A stretch of 63,668 bases of DNA, filler included, from Octopus bimaculoides (lineage: Eukaryota): assembly GCF_001194135.2 (NCBI RefSeq). It is 6 parts of 6 records of this genome, joined end to end, with 100 filler letters (N's around TTAATTAATTAA, not from the genome) between each part and the next. Parts side by side here need not be neighbours in the genome. Positions count along the whole stretch, not along the records: positions 1 to 25,226 come from NC_068988.1; 5 more parts are not named here. One strand, written 5' to 3'. The notes below the pieces were generated by a model. It saw only the letters and a program-made list of their open reading frames with translations. It had not been told where the DNA came from and ran no database searches. Position 1 is the stretch's first letter. Each line of letters begins with the position of its first letter. Position numbers and translations under genes: made by a program. Positions 9,178-21,489 of the stretch are shown here, piece by piece.

Positions 9178-10460
9178 ATATACATATTTTTAAGGTTAAC
9201 TCATAGATAAAACAGCTGATTCACCCTTAAAAGAAACCCCCCAGTCTCAAAAGACAAAGGAAACATGAGCTAATGTACTGCTTGATAAACTATGTCTGGG
9301 AGACAAAAAAAGTGATGGGACAGTCATATCTGGTACCTAAAATGGTCACAATCTGGAACCTTTGATATTAGGTTTACTTTATTAGGAAGTAAACAACACT
9401 AACAGAATAAGTTTGATAAATTCTGATAAAAGATAACATTTTGAATATATTTCAAATATACTGTATAAATCATTATGTCCAGTATTTACTGGTTTTTAAC
9501 AATCAACCCATAAACCACATTTTTATTTGTTAATGAAAGAAGAATGGTCAGTGTCAATAACCTGTTCAAACTCTTCCAGAATAGTGAGATCAATATTGTT
9601 GTTGTTCTTTGTAGTTCTATGTTTGAGCAGGAAGTCTGAGCAAGAAGGCGTTTCCAGTGGGTCCATCCATGGAAAGAAAGGATTTAATATATTGTTTAAT
9701 AAAGAATCTGAGAGGAGTAACACAGTAGGAGGAGGAATTGGGTGTGTTGGTAGGCCTAGGTGGACATGGTAAGTTGCTTCTGAGTTCACCAAAGCAAAAG
9801 CTGTTCTAAAAGTAATAATGGTAGAGGAATTGTGATCAAACTTAAGTTTAAATAATTCTGAGTTTTTGTGCAATGAAAATTATAGCAATCGAACGGGATC
9901 AATATTAATATGTTGAGTTAGGGTTCATAAGCAACAAATAAAAAGATTTCATCTCTTAGAAATGTTCTTTGTAGTGAACATCAGGCAGTTGTGCAAATGG
10001 AAATATTCTGATTTTTCAAAATGAAGGAAGGAAATGATCAACTATGTAAGACAAAAGAAGAATACTTTATAAGAATTAATAATCTAAAACATGGCGAAAA
10101 ATAGTCAACACTGCTGCAAGAAACATCTACAGCTACATAGATTACATTATGGCACATGTGCTTGAAAAGGTGACAATCGCAAAATGTGTTAGACACAACA
10201 CAGAAACTTCCTTCCATAACATTCATGTCATTCAGCTTTTTTTTTTTAGGTTTTTTTAAAAATATTCTTTTATTCTTTTATTCTTTTTATGTTTCAGCCC
10301 AAAGGTTGTGGCCATGCTAGAGCACCACCAGTATGATTAATGATTTTTTTAAAGAAGCCACTTGGCTGAAACACATAAATAAATATATATATGTAGGAAA
10401 AATAGAAGTTGAAAATGAATTGAGAATAAAATAACTTTGTTTTATATATAAATATACATA

Positions 10461-10499
<39 letters not shown>

Positions 10500-10665
10500 T
10501 GCTACCTTCTTCTTTGTTATTTACTTAAATTAAAGGCATACCAGCAAAAACGACAAGTTTCCTCTTGTTATTTACATCCATTTTCTTCTCATATACATAT
10601 ATATATATTTATATATATATAATGTTTGCTTTAATTCAGATATATCTATAAATAATACCACGTAT

Positions 10666-10783
10666 ATATTGGGTTGGAAACCCTTTTGAATAGAACACTT
10701 GTCATGTATACAGGAGATGTGAGTTCAAGTCTCACTGGTAACCTTCAACTTTTTCTATCAAAAAGAGGTTTTTAACCCAATAT
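10666..10783 (+). mobile_element. Short element with 10-bp terminal inverted repeats enclosing a tRNA-like segment
   Basis: ATATTGGGTT / AACCCAATAT ends. Internal hairpins CTTGT[CATGTAT]ACAGG and GTGAG[TTCAAGT]CTCAC. Confidence 0.4.
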
Positions 10784-10869
10784 TTGTATCCAATTAATTA
10801 TAGCTTTGTGTGCTTCAAGATATATATATATATATTTTTCCTGTTTTCCTGTTTTTCCTAGAAGATGGT

Positions 10870-11424
10870 GAGTGATCTGGAAGACCTGCCAAAAGTGTCA
10901 CTCCTGGAAATGTGGTATTGTACATTGAGAATTCATTCCCCAGGGCCAGACTGTCAATCAAAAGTTCTGTGACATTTTGAAGTATTTGAGAGAGGACATT
11001 CAGTGAAAGTTACTGTATCTGTGGATCATGAAGAATTGGATTCTTTCCGATGGCAATGCACCCTGTCACCAAGCTCTTCTCATCTGTGAGTTTCTTGTCA
11101 AAAACAACATGGTATTGCCTCTGCACCCACTCTATTTGCCAGACTTAACACCTGCAGACTTCCATATTTTTCTCAAGAAGAAAAGGCACCTCAAAGGTCA
11201 CTGTTTTAACACTATTGTTGAGATCCAGAACATATTGCAGAAGGTCCTCAACTTGCTTATGAAAAATTGCTTCCAGGCCAGATTCCAAAAGTGACAGGAA
11301 TGCTGGGACTAGTGCATTGCTGCACAAGGTGGCTATTTTGATGGAGATAATGTTAAAACGTAGGTAAATAGGTTATTATTTATTAAACATAACTAGTCTG
11401 GGATCCTTTTGATACCACCTCGTA
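10870..11424 (+). mobile_element. Mariner transposon 3' fragment (pseudogenised DDD transposase plus right TIR)
   Basis: GIVH*EFIPQGQTVNQ..., DGNAPCH (HDNARPH-like), YLPDLTPADF (YSPDLAPxD-like), LKGHCF, CIAAQGGYFDGD. Ends in ...CTTTTGATACCACCTCGTA. Confidence 0.85.
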
Positions 11425-11759
11425 TGCTTTGACTTTTCTTTGTACCATTTCAGGCTGTCACATGTAGAGATCACAGTGGTAAGTGTTATTACAATGTATG
11501 GAAAAAAAAAAGAGTGTTTAGTTTGATTTTGTGAATAAAATATTGAATGAAATATTATTCATGTTATTACTGACTAAACTTTGAACTTTACTGGTGTATG
11601 CAGTAAAAGTGTATCTGCTGTAAAGTTAACATTGTAGAAATCCCATGACCATTCTTTCTTTCTTTTGTAGAAAATCAGTTTGATTTTGATTATATATTTA
11701 TACTCATTTTTACTATTTAGTTTGTACAGTGATGCACATATACACATGTTGTCACTGAT

Positions 11760-12900
11760 GAACAAAGTACTTATCACTCACATGAAATAAGAAGTGTTTT
11801 CACATAAAAACATAGTCAGAGCTCTTCCCTGTGTGCATGTATATAGTGATAGCTTAGCAGAACATTCTTGAAATTATCACTGTGAGGTCTTTCATAAAAT
11901 GCTATACTAGATGGCAACGAAAATGATATTCTTTTTGGGAACATGTTCAAGATGTCTCTTTGGATGTGGACAACATTGCAGACACTGAAGAGATCTACTG
12001 CACAGACGATATTGTTGTGTCTGTCTTTGACATTGACAGAAGTGAAATAGACCTCCTTGGTTTTGGTGACTACTTGCCAGTATTTGAAATGTAAACTTGT
12101 AAATTTCTAAATGAAATCTGTACTTACTCTTTGAAAGTAAATGTCTAAGTTTTAAATGAATTTGGCAAATGCAAAGTCAGACTGAAACTGAAAAAGATCA
12201 ATTTGTAAAAATATGCTTAATGTTATTATTTTAAATCATTGCTTTGTTATGGCTGCATCATTAAAATGTGCATCATTAAAAGATTTTAAGTCATTCCAGC
12301 ATTTCATTACTTGCTTCCTGCAAATGTAATTTCATGTGACATAAATTGTGTTGACACCACTAATGACATAGTATCTATTTATAGTCTGAAGTGATTGAGG
12401 TCTTTTGTGTGAATTTCTATCAAAATTAGAAAAAAGAAACCCAAGACATAACAAAACATTGTTCCATTGCTACCAATATCAATTTTATTTTCTGATTATT
12501 TCACATTAACAACAGATGAGAAAAATTTTGTTGTATATAGTTGATTGATATGGTCTCCAATATAGGCAGCCATATTGAGGTGCTCATTGTTTGTAAAGAT
12601 TGTGCAACAGGTATGAATATTTGCATTAGCGGCAGAGAATTTTTAGTGAATACTTGTAAAATACTTTTGATATGTTATTGCTATCATAGAAAAATGTAGC
12701 ATCATTATAATGATTTAAACTTTGTTACACATCAGTTAGCTTGGACAATAAATGCTATTTACTTCTAATCATGCCATTCTGAATACAGCCATGCTTACAG
12801 CTGTGAGAAAATTTTCCTATATAATGTGCACACCTAACTTTTTAGATTTAAAATTCTGGAAAAAGTGCAAAATACTTGTATACTCAAATTAATATGATAG
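11760..12900 (+). mobile_element. Probable pogo/Tigger-type transposon relic (C-terminal transposase remnant)
   Basis: Broken frame ...VIA*QNILEIITVRSFIKC...LDGNENDIL(F)W, like the pogo SFKKC...LDGxEDD.LW motif; pogo-like 3' end near 12830-12900. Confidence 0.4.
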
Positions 12901-12939
12901 TTAAAGGCTACTATATTCATTCATACGATACACAATATA

Positions 12940-13150
12940 TACAATGTGAGCAGTCAAGGATGGTTTGAAGCATTAATGTAATAAGCAATGCGAACTATTA
13001 TGGACTGTTAGTTAGAGTATTGTAACAGGCAATGTGAGCCGTTGAGGACTACCAGTCACAGTCTTGTAAGAAGCAATGTAAACTGTCAAGGACTGCTCAA
13101 GCAATATGAACTATAAAGGACTAATTAGCTATGCGAGCTGTGAAGGCCAG
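12940..13150. repeat. Degenerate array of six 24-bp motifs (consensus AGCAATGYGARCTGTYAAGGACTR)
   Basis: Starts at 12940, 12984, 13028, 13072, 13100, 13127 (spacing 44, 44, 44, 28, 27). Confidence 0.75.
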
Positions 13151-13814
13151 TTTACTACAGATTTGACTAATAGCTCACTAATAATAGTAAATACTCTTCT
13201 TTTTTTTTTCAGCTCAGTGACAATAATTTCCATAAGACACCTTTCTGTAAGGTATGGACATCACATCTTCCTTTCTTTATATATATCTATATATATATAT
13301 ATGTAAACTTACTAACTTTGAAATGGGTGTGTGCCATTCAATTAAATAATAATATAAATAATAGGAGAGTATTGTAGTTTGCTTGAAGCGTTGTGTATTG
13401 TCTGTAAAAAATAAAAAGTTTTGAATGGTACAACAATGCACTATAATACAAAAAATGGACTATATACCTGTTGTAATTTAGTTATCCATAGTCCAATTCC
13501 TTCTTCCAGCGACTCCATCTAAGAATCTAAGAAATACTCAAGCACATTTGCCACAGATGATCTCATATACAACATAGGTCCTCTGGCTGTCCAAGAACAA
13601 CACCTCTCACTACTCCGAGGAGAGCACAATAAGGTCACAATTGAGGTCACAATTAGCAATTAAAGCTGCTAAAAATGTTGTGACAACGTAGTCTTCTTTA
13701 AGGTAATCTCAGCCAAATGATTAGCTATATTAAGCAGAGTTCATTGCCTAACAATTGCATCATGAGCTTCAGTTAGTTAAGAAACATATACACTTTACCT
13801 GTTCCAATTCCTCA

Positions 13815-13849
<35 letters not shown>

Positions 13850-13851
<2 letters not shown>

Positions 13852-14130
13852 AACCTTGTTAAATGAAATCCTGGTTAGTATTCATGATTTTTTTGTGGCT
13901 GATGAAGGGTTATTGTTGATTTATTAGCTTATTGTAGATACTTAAGTTTATAAGTCCTGAATGCGTGAAAGGCATTGTTAAACCTTGGATGATCTGAACT
14001 CACAACAGATAAATAGCAAAAACCAGATGAAGTACAACATCCATTCATCATTGTACCAACTTAGCTATCTTCACTGCTCGTATGCTTTAGCCTATAGACA
14101 TTTTTCAATTATCACATGATTTACACAATT
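13850..14130 (+). mobile_element. Probable Penelope pLTR-like element after (TA)n, with a degenerate hammerhead core
   Basis: Follows (TA)n; CUGAUGAAGGG at about 13899, with a degenerate UCCUGAAUGCGUG about 70 nt downstream. Confidence 0.3.
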
Positions 14131-14428
14131 TATATATTCATATGCGAGCTAAAACGATATTAAAACATAATAGACAATAATTAGAATAAAAAAAAGGATT
14201 GATTTATTTGTTAGAGAAAAGTGTCAACAATGTTATTTCAATTCTATAGAATTCGGAGCCAAAAAAGATAAACCACTCTTTTCGTTTTATCACAGAAATT
14301 CTCACTCTTCTTGAGAAAATCTCAATGTTTTCTAAAACTCAGTGAAAAGATAAAACTGTTTTTCTATTACTTGTGTAAACACTAGAATTGATTGGAAGAA
14401 ACTGAATTCAATACAGATATGTTATTGT

Positions 14429-14464
<36 letters not shown>

Positions 14465-14563
14465 NNNNNNNNNNNNNNNNNNNNNNNNNTATATATATGT
14501 ATATATATATATATATGTATATATACACACACATATATATGTATGTATGTATATGTATATATT

Positions 14564-14612
<49 letters not shown>

Positions 14613-14884
14613 GTATATATATATATACACATGTGTATATATGTATGTGTATATATGTACATGCTTATATATATATATGTGTGTGTATGTATGTATTTAT
14701 TAATCTATCTCTGTCTATAAATCTATATGTATATATATGTATACATATATCTATATGTATATATAAACATATGTATATGTATATATATATGTATATGTAC
14801 ATATATATATATATATATACATACACACACAGACACACACACACACACACANNNNNNNNNNACACACACACACACACACACGTA

Positions 14885-14941
<57 letters not shown>

Positions 14942-15239
14942 TGGTGGAAGAAAGAAACTGGCATACATCTCTAGTATTGGTTCATTGACTACATTTTGAA
15001 TATCTGCTGAGTGATAAAGATCAATAGTTTATTAGAAATCTTCGCCCAACTCTGGAACCAACTTTCAATACAGATCTGTGTAATGATATAGTGACATGGG
15101 AGATTTGAAATAATTTATTAAAATCTTGAAATATTTATTCTGACAACAAATAACCAATGTTATTTCCCAAACAGAAGTGAGTTGAGTGATTTTTTTTCTT
15201 TCTTTTTTTTTTGTCTTTTTTTCCTAATTTTTATTTTAT

Positions 15240-15375
15240 TCATGTTGATGATGATGATGATGATGATGGTGATGACACTGCCGATTGTGATGACAATGAT
15301 GTTGATGATGATGATGTTGTCACCTCCACTGCTACTGCCACCACCACCAACAACAACAACAACAGCAGCAGCAAC
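15240..15375. repeat. (GAT)n/(CAA)n compound trinucleotide microsatellite
   Basis: Direct reading of the sequence. Confidence 0.85.
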
Positions 15376-16180
15376 AAAGTTGTTTGTTTATGAGTTTAAG
15401 GGGGGAAAAAAACTCTCCGAAAAACTTCACAATAATAAAAAAAAAAAATAAGCTTCCTGTGTTCCAAGACTGCAACTCAAGTTTAGATTCTTTATTAAGT
15501 GCTTCACTACATTTGTGTTTAATATACTTGGATAAAGCTTAGACATCACACAAACTCATTCTTTTCCTTTTAGTCAATCCATGCTCTGGTCAATTTAGTC
15601 TTTGCTGTTATTGATAAAATAGTTTACTTAACTAATTGAGTTAAGATAGTTTTAACTTTTTGTATAGAACACATTGTAAAGGACAGTGCTACAGTCAATG
15701 TTGCATTGAAGACAAGAGGAAATAGAATCTTTCTGTTATTAACTCATGCTTTTCACACTGCAAGAATATTTGATTTGTTCTTTTACTGGCCATACATAGT
15801 CTTCAAGGGATACTCTTCAAGAGTATAGTCTATTATATTGGTGACAACACATGACCTAGTGTTTAGGATATTATATTCCCAACTGCAAGGTTGTGGTTTC
15901 AAATCTTGAACTGGGTGGTGTATTGTGTTCTTAAGCAAGACACTTCATTTCATGTTGCTCCAGTTTTACTCAGTTGTAAATAGGTAACTCATGGAGGCAC
16001 ATTGTTGGATTCATGACTGTAAGATTGTGGTTTCAATCCCTGGACCAGGTGATCCGTTGTGTTCTTGAGTAAAACACTTCATTTGAATTTGCTCCAGTTC
16101 ATTAAGCTGTAGAAATGAATACCACTAGTAGAGGCACGTTGCTTAGTGGTTAGGGTGTTGGATTCACGACCATATGCCTA

Positions 16181-16431
16181 TAGGCATATGGTGTAGTGGT
16201 TAAGAGTGCGGGCTACAAACTCCAAGATTCCGAGTTTGATTCCAGGCAGTGACCTGAATAATAATAATAATAATAATAATATCGAAAAATACCTTAGAAA
16301 AGAGAACATAGGTTTGAAATTTCCCCAAGACACTTGATGAAGGCTGAAGGGTATATCAGCTGAAACATTGTATTAATTACAAACAAGATGGGGACAAATA
16401 TCCGTCAAATGAAAATAATGTAAATAATGTA
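16181..16431 (+). mobile_element. tRNA-headed SINE carrying a hammerhead-like Penelope-type 3' part
   Basis: A-box TGGTGTAGTGGT (16189-16200), B-box GAGTTTGATTCC (16232-16243), (AAT)n spacer, hammerhead fold at 16329-16374, tail AAATAATGTAAATAATGTAC. Confidence 0.65.
16329..16374 (+). ncRNA. Degenerate minimal type-I hammerhead motif
   Basis: GACAC-UUGAUGA-A-GGCUG[AAGGGUAUAU]CAGCU-GAA-ACAU-U-GUAUU. All departures from an ideal fold are single transitions. Confidence 0.55.
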
Positions 16432-16819
16432 CTTAAGAATATAGTTTTGATCCCTGGGCCAGGCGATCCATTATATTCTTGAGCAAAACACTTCATTTCA
16501 TGTTACTCCAGTCCACTCAGCTGTAGAAATGAGGTTAGCTTGGAGAAGGATGGCTCTGCTAGGCTTTCTTGCTCAAGACTAGCTGCAGTGCCCCAATGAC
16601 CTCCAAAGGAGTAAGGGACTCATCAAATAGGTAACTCTGCAATGGACTGGGATACTGTTGAAGGGTAATGTTGTGATCTCAGTTACTTGTGTGTCACACA
16701 AACTGGGTAATCATCCCTATGAGTCCAAAGACTCAAGACAGCAATGTCCAGGACAGCTTACTTTATTATTATATTGACTAAAATATTTGGCTAGTATTTA
16801 ATAAAATACTAAGTGATTC

Positions 16820-16850
<31 letters not shown>

Positions 16851-16904
16851 ATAGATATAGATATATATGCAGGTATACATATGCATATATAAATGTATAT
16901 ATAT

Positions 16905-17065
16905 ATATCATCATCATCATCATCGTCATTTAACGTCCACTTTCCATGCTAGCATGGGTTGGACGATTTGACTGAGGACTGGTGAACCAGATGGCTACAC
17001 CAGGCTCCAATCTGATTTGGCAGAGTTTCTACAGCTGGATGCCCTTCCAAACGCCAACCACTCCG
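16905..17065 (-). mobile_element. SINE-B 3' part
   Basis: (CAT)n-TTTAACGTCCACTTTCCATGCTAGCATGGGTTGGACG...CCAACCACTCCG. Confidence 0.75.
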
Positions 17066-17100
<35 letters not shown>

Positions 17101-17101
<1 letters not shown>

Positions 17102-17323
17102 TCTTTTCTTTATTCTTTTACTTGTTTCAGTCATTTGATTATGGCCATGCTGGAGCATCACCTTTAGTTGAACAAAGCAATACAGGACTTATTCTTTGTA
17201 AGCTTAGTACTTATTCTATCGGTCTCTTTTGCTAAACTGCTAAGTGAAGGGGATGTAAACACACCAACATCGGTTGTCAAGCGATGCTGGGTGGACAACC
17301 ACAGCCACAAATAATGAACACAT

Positions 17324-17377
<54 letters not shown>

Positions 17378-17378
17378 G

Positions 17379-17412
<34 letters not shown>

Positions 17413-17607
17413 TATATATGTATATATATATATTTATATATATATATACAATGGACTTCTTACAGTTTCTGTCTACCAAATCCACTCACAAGGCTTTGGT
17501 TGGCCTGAGGCTATAGTAGATGATACTTGCCCAAGGTGCCATGCAGTGGGAATGAACCCAGAGCCATGTGGTGGGGAAGTAAGCTTCTTACTACTCAGCC
17601 ACTCCTG
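17101..17607 (-). mobile_element. SINE-C (tRNA head plus CORE-like domain, OR2-like) with internal (CA)n/(TA)n
   Basis: Minus strand: AGTGGCTGAGTAGTAAG...GGTTCATTCCCACTGCATGGCACCTTGGGCAAGTATC... then a microsatellite, then the 3' part ending CATGGCCAT...TGACTGAAACAAGTAAAAG. Confidence 0.8.
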
Positions 17608-17639
17608 GTTTCTAATTTAGTGAAATATAAAGTTAGTGA

Positions 17640-17805
17640 ATTATAACAACCCAAGTACTTGACTGATATTTTGTTTTACTGAATCTGGAGAGAAAGAAAT
17701 GCTAAATGGATCATGGCAGCATTTGAACTCTGAATGTAAACAGCCGGAAGAAATACCACTAAGCATTTTCCTGATGGTCTAATAATTTTGCCAGCTCACT
17801 ACCTT
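17640..17805 (-). mobile_element. SINE-A, CpG-decayed
   Basis: GCATTTGAACTCTGAATGTAA...CTAAGCATTT...TGCCAGCTCACTACC. Confidence 0.65.
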
Positions 17806-18416
17806 TTGTCATGTATATAATGAAGAGGAGTTGGAGACTTATGGTATAAAAGGCAACAGGGAATTTCTACAAAACATGCAAGACAGCATCAACCTAGGTA
17901 GGTATTGAACTGAGAATCTAAAGTATTGTATCCAAATACCAATCAGTGTGCTATCGATTCTATCATCCTGTGTCTTTTAGATAATGTCAATATACACACA
18001 TGCATGTGTACATAGATCTACATGCAATGCAAACCTATGCACTAAGAAACAGCTAACTAGATAGATATACCAATCGACAGACAGTGCTGGTTGGCTTATT
18101 AATCTATCTAACTCATCTAGCTATCAAGTTCAGGAAATGGAAAGTCACAGGAAAATCATTTGAAAAGTTATTCAAATTATGTGATTTCATGTAATAGAGA
18201 ATGATGTTATGTATACCATTGAGGTAGTGAGGGATCTGTTTTGTATTCTGTAATAATGGAATGAAGTATCCCACAAATCTGAGCCCTCTTATCTTTTGGG
18301 GGTGGGTTGTGTGAAAACGAGAGAGATAACAGGAAATAGAAGGAATGAATAGTGATAGCCTTAAGTTAAAAGGAAGCTGCTAGGAAGTAGATGGCAAGTA
18401 TATGAAACAAAATTGC

Positions 18417-18455
<39 letters not shown>

Positions 18456-19989
18456 GCATGCACACTCACTCACATATATATGTATGTATATATATGTATG
18501 TATGTGTGTATATATATATGTGTATTTATTTATGTATGTATGTGTGTGTGTGTGTATATATATGTATCGTATACACACTCATATACACATGCTCACACAA
18601 ACACACACACATATACATGCACATACATACCAGCCTTTTGACAAAGGAACTAGATAACATACAAATATACCTCAAAACAAGATATGAGTTGGTATATACA
18701 TACATATGCACACACACACACACACAGAGGCACATGAATATATATGTCTGTGTATACATATGTGTGTGTGTATGCATATTCATTCGAACAACACATACAG
18801 CTGCAATATATAATATGAGAGAGGGAGGGAAGGAGGGGGAGAGAGTTACATTGCTGTAAGGTATTCTCTTGAGTTATCATCCTTTATGTATAGCCAAATC
18901 TATATCAAGATAATATTTCTGTAAGGAATCCATGTAGCTGTTTATAAAGAATAGTAATGTAACCTGCTTAAGGCAATTTGAATTTGAAGGTATCTCAAGA
19001 ATTGTAGGAACTGGGATATTTTGATTTCTGGATCTGTTCTCTTGATAAATTTGGTTTGTAATCCAACAGTTCTGAAGAACTATATATGTTCAAAAGAAGA
19101 ATATTTTTTTTGAGCCCTAGAACTCATAAGTCCAGTTATTCAGTTTTCATGGTGTGTGAGTAACATGTTACAATAGTTACCCTGAACTGGATGCCAGATG
19201 GTCATATACCTCAATAAACTACACCAGTTCTTTGTTCAGTTTGTTAATTGTAATACAATCTCATTCAATATTGATTTATTCAGAGGTGGGTGCCTCTCAG
19301 CTTTAATACTGACATTGTGACATTTCTGTCAATTACTAAGTCTTTTGGCCATGCCAAGTTTCGTTTTTTAGATGCCAGATCCAATGGGCAATTTATATTT
19401 AACAAATCTGTCACCAGACTTTGGTGCCTGAGGGTGCATCAGTGTATTCTGGGTGGGCACTAATTTGTAATAATGCTAAAGAGGAGTTTCAAAATAAGAA
19501 TATTACTGTAAACCTGAGGGTGTACCATTGAATAGTGAGGAGTGGTGCCTTCCAGTGCACCCCCTTAATGACAGGCATGGTGCTTCATCTGTTTTGGTAG
19601 TTTAGTGGGTAAGATTGTGTATGAAGAAAGCAATGTTTCTGGGATCAAGTTCTAACATTTTGAAGATAAGATGTTGACTTACTCTAATGTGATATGGAAA
19701 TTGAATCAAATTTAGTAATTGCCAGGGGACTAATTGTTTGGTATACGATCTAGTAACTCACTTTAGTTACACAAGTAATCAATTATGAAGTTAATAACAA
19801 TTTTTGCCTCATTTCATTTTATGCTGGTTTTAATTTTATATAAATGAAATATTGATTGATGAAAGATCTAGTAGTCCTCATGTGGAAGTCTTACAAATAA
19901 TTTCAGTGATTTTATTTTCACAATTCTTGTTTGGTTTTCTCTTATTTCTTCAGGATATTAAAAGGGAAGGGGAGTTGATTCTATAATTG

Positions 19990-20340
19990 TCTTGCCTTTT
20001 TGGTTCACCCGTCAAAGTGACAAAGATCATCTAGTCATCATTGCAGGGTGACTAATATCTTGTGCAGTGACTTTGTTTAAATTGAAGAAGAGTTCTGCAC
20101 TGTCAGTCTGACTCTCTGGTTTAAGACCATCTTCAATCCAGTGGTAAGACCAGGTCAAAATGACCGGGGATGGAAACAGATGCAGTGGATGACCAAGAGG
20201 TCTTGCTTGCCTTATCTTGCTCTCTGCACTCCGTGGTACATTGCTGCAATTGCCTTCTTCTCTGCTGACCCTTGAAAGCCTCTTCAGCAGAATCTGCCAG
20301 ATCCAGTCTTCACATGAATAGGTAGGCAAGCCTTTTTGTT
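19990..20340 (-). pseudogene. RTE-clade LINE ORF2 C-terminal fragment
   Basis: ORF 20027-20329: PTYSCEDW...RLSRVSREE...IRQARPLGH..., a decayed version of the LYGCETW...W.D...N..VL...RQLRWLGHV.RM pattern. Confidence 0.55.
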
Positions 20341-20597
20341 ATGCTACATCAAACATTGCTCCACCTAGTTATGCTACACCTCTTCACATTGTGAACTACT
20401 CAACTCTAAGCGGGTAAATACTTCACCTTGTTTAATACATTATCACATGATCAGCAGTTCAAACCTTAAATTTAAGGCCATTGTACTTCAAATAAACTAA
20501 CCAAACAAGATAACTTTGACAGCAAACTTGTTGATAACTTTGATACTCCGTTTGATAGCATTAACACTGATTACTTGGTTGTTCAGTTTAATAATAT

Positions 20598-20803
20598 TCT
20601 TCTATTCTTTTATTTGTTTCAGTCATTTGACTGTGGCCATGCTGAAGCACTGCTTTTAGTTGAACAAATCAACCCCAAGACTTATTCTTTGTAAGCCTAG
20701 TAGTTAGTCTATCGGTTTCTTTTGCTGAACTGCTAAGTTATGGGGACGTAAACACACCAACATTGGTTGTCAAACGATGGTGGGGGGACAAACAGAGAAC
20801 ACT

Positions 20804-20837
<34 letters not shown>

Positions 20838-21018
20838 CACATGCACACACACACACACACACACGACAGGCTTCTTTCAGTTTCCGTCTACCAAATCCAC
20901 CCACAAGGCTTTAGTCAGCCTGAGGCTATAGTAGAAGACACTTGCCCAAGGTGCCATGCTGTAGGACTGAACCCAAAACCATGTGGTTGGTAAGCAAGCC
21001 CCTTACCACACAGCCACA
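20598..21018 (-). mobile_element. SINE-C full-length with internal (CA)n
   Basis: Same architecture as 17101-17607. Confidence 0.8.
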
Positions 21019-21454
21019 CATATTCAATAAATACTAGGATTTTCAGTTTGATACTGAGCACAAGATATTTGGTTTAATCATATATTCAGTAGTTCAGAGT
21101 AAATTTATTTTCCTAAGTATCTCCTCTAGATCTCCCAGATAAGTTGACATTGGATATTCCCATGCCCTTGTACATTGCAGAACATCTCTTTCATCATAGT
21201 GTTTCAGTTTTTCAGAACAATGAAAAGTGAATTCTTCAGTACAAAGAACTTATTGATTTGTACAAACAAGCTACAAACTTATTGATTATTTGTATAACAA
21301 TTCCACATCTTTGAAATATTGAAATGTAGTCAAGTCAATGAATAAGTCTTTATATGTGGTTGCTTGACCTGCATGAAATAGTAGCCAAAATTTCCTAAAA
21401 ATCATACTCTGCTATCTTTGAAAAAATGAACACATCAGACAATGTAATTCTTGA

Positions 21455-21458
21455 CATT

Positions 21459-21489
<31 letters not shown>

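Larger units (their letters stand above)
15845..16540 (+). mobile_element. Three tandem SINE-D copies (tRNA head plus CORE-like domain); the third is interrupted at 16171-16431
   Basis: Repeated TGTGTTCTTGAGCAAAACACTTCATTTCATGTTGCTCCAGT...CTCAGCTGTAGAAATG. Third copy is split at CACGACC|...|CTTAAGAAT. Confidence 0.7.

Noticed and set aside
12940-13150. CRISPR interpretation of the repeat-spacer array
   Set aside because: Eukaryotic context, no cas genes, repeats too divergent, spacers share sequence and two are only 3-4 bp.
16181-16255. Functional tRNA genes at SINE heads (also the heads of SINE-A, -C and -D)
   Set aside because: A and B boxes are present but there is no complete cloverleaf or acceptor stem, and they continue into repeat bodies.
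18950-19570. Possible hAT dimerisation-domain relic on the minus strand
   Set aside because: Only a faint TMKTE*LD echo of STMxQERL; too decayed to call.
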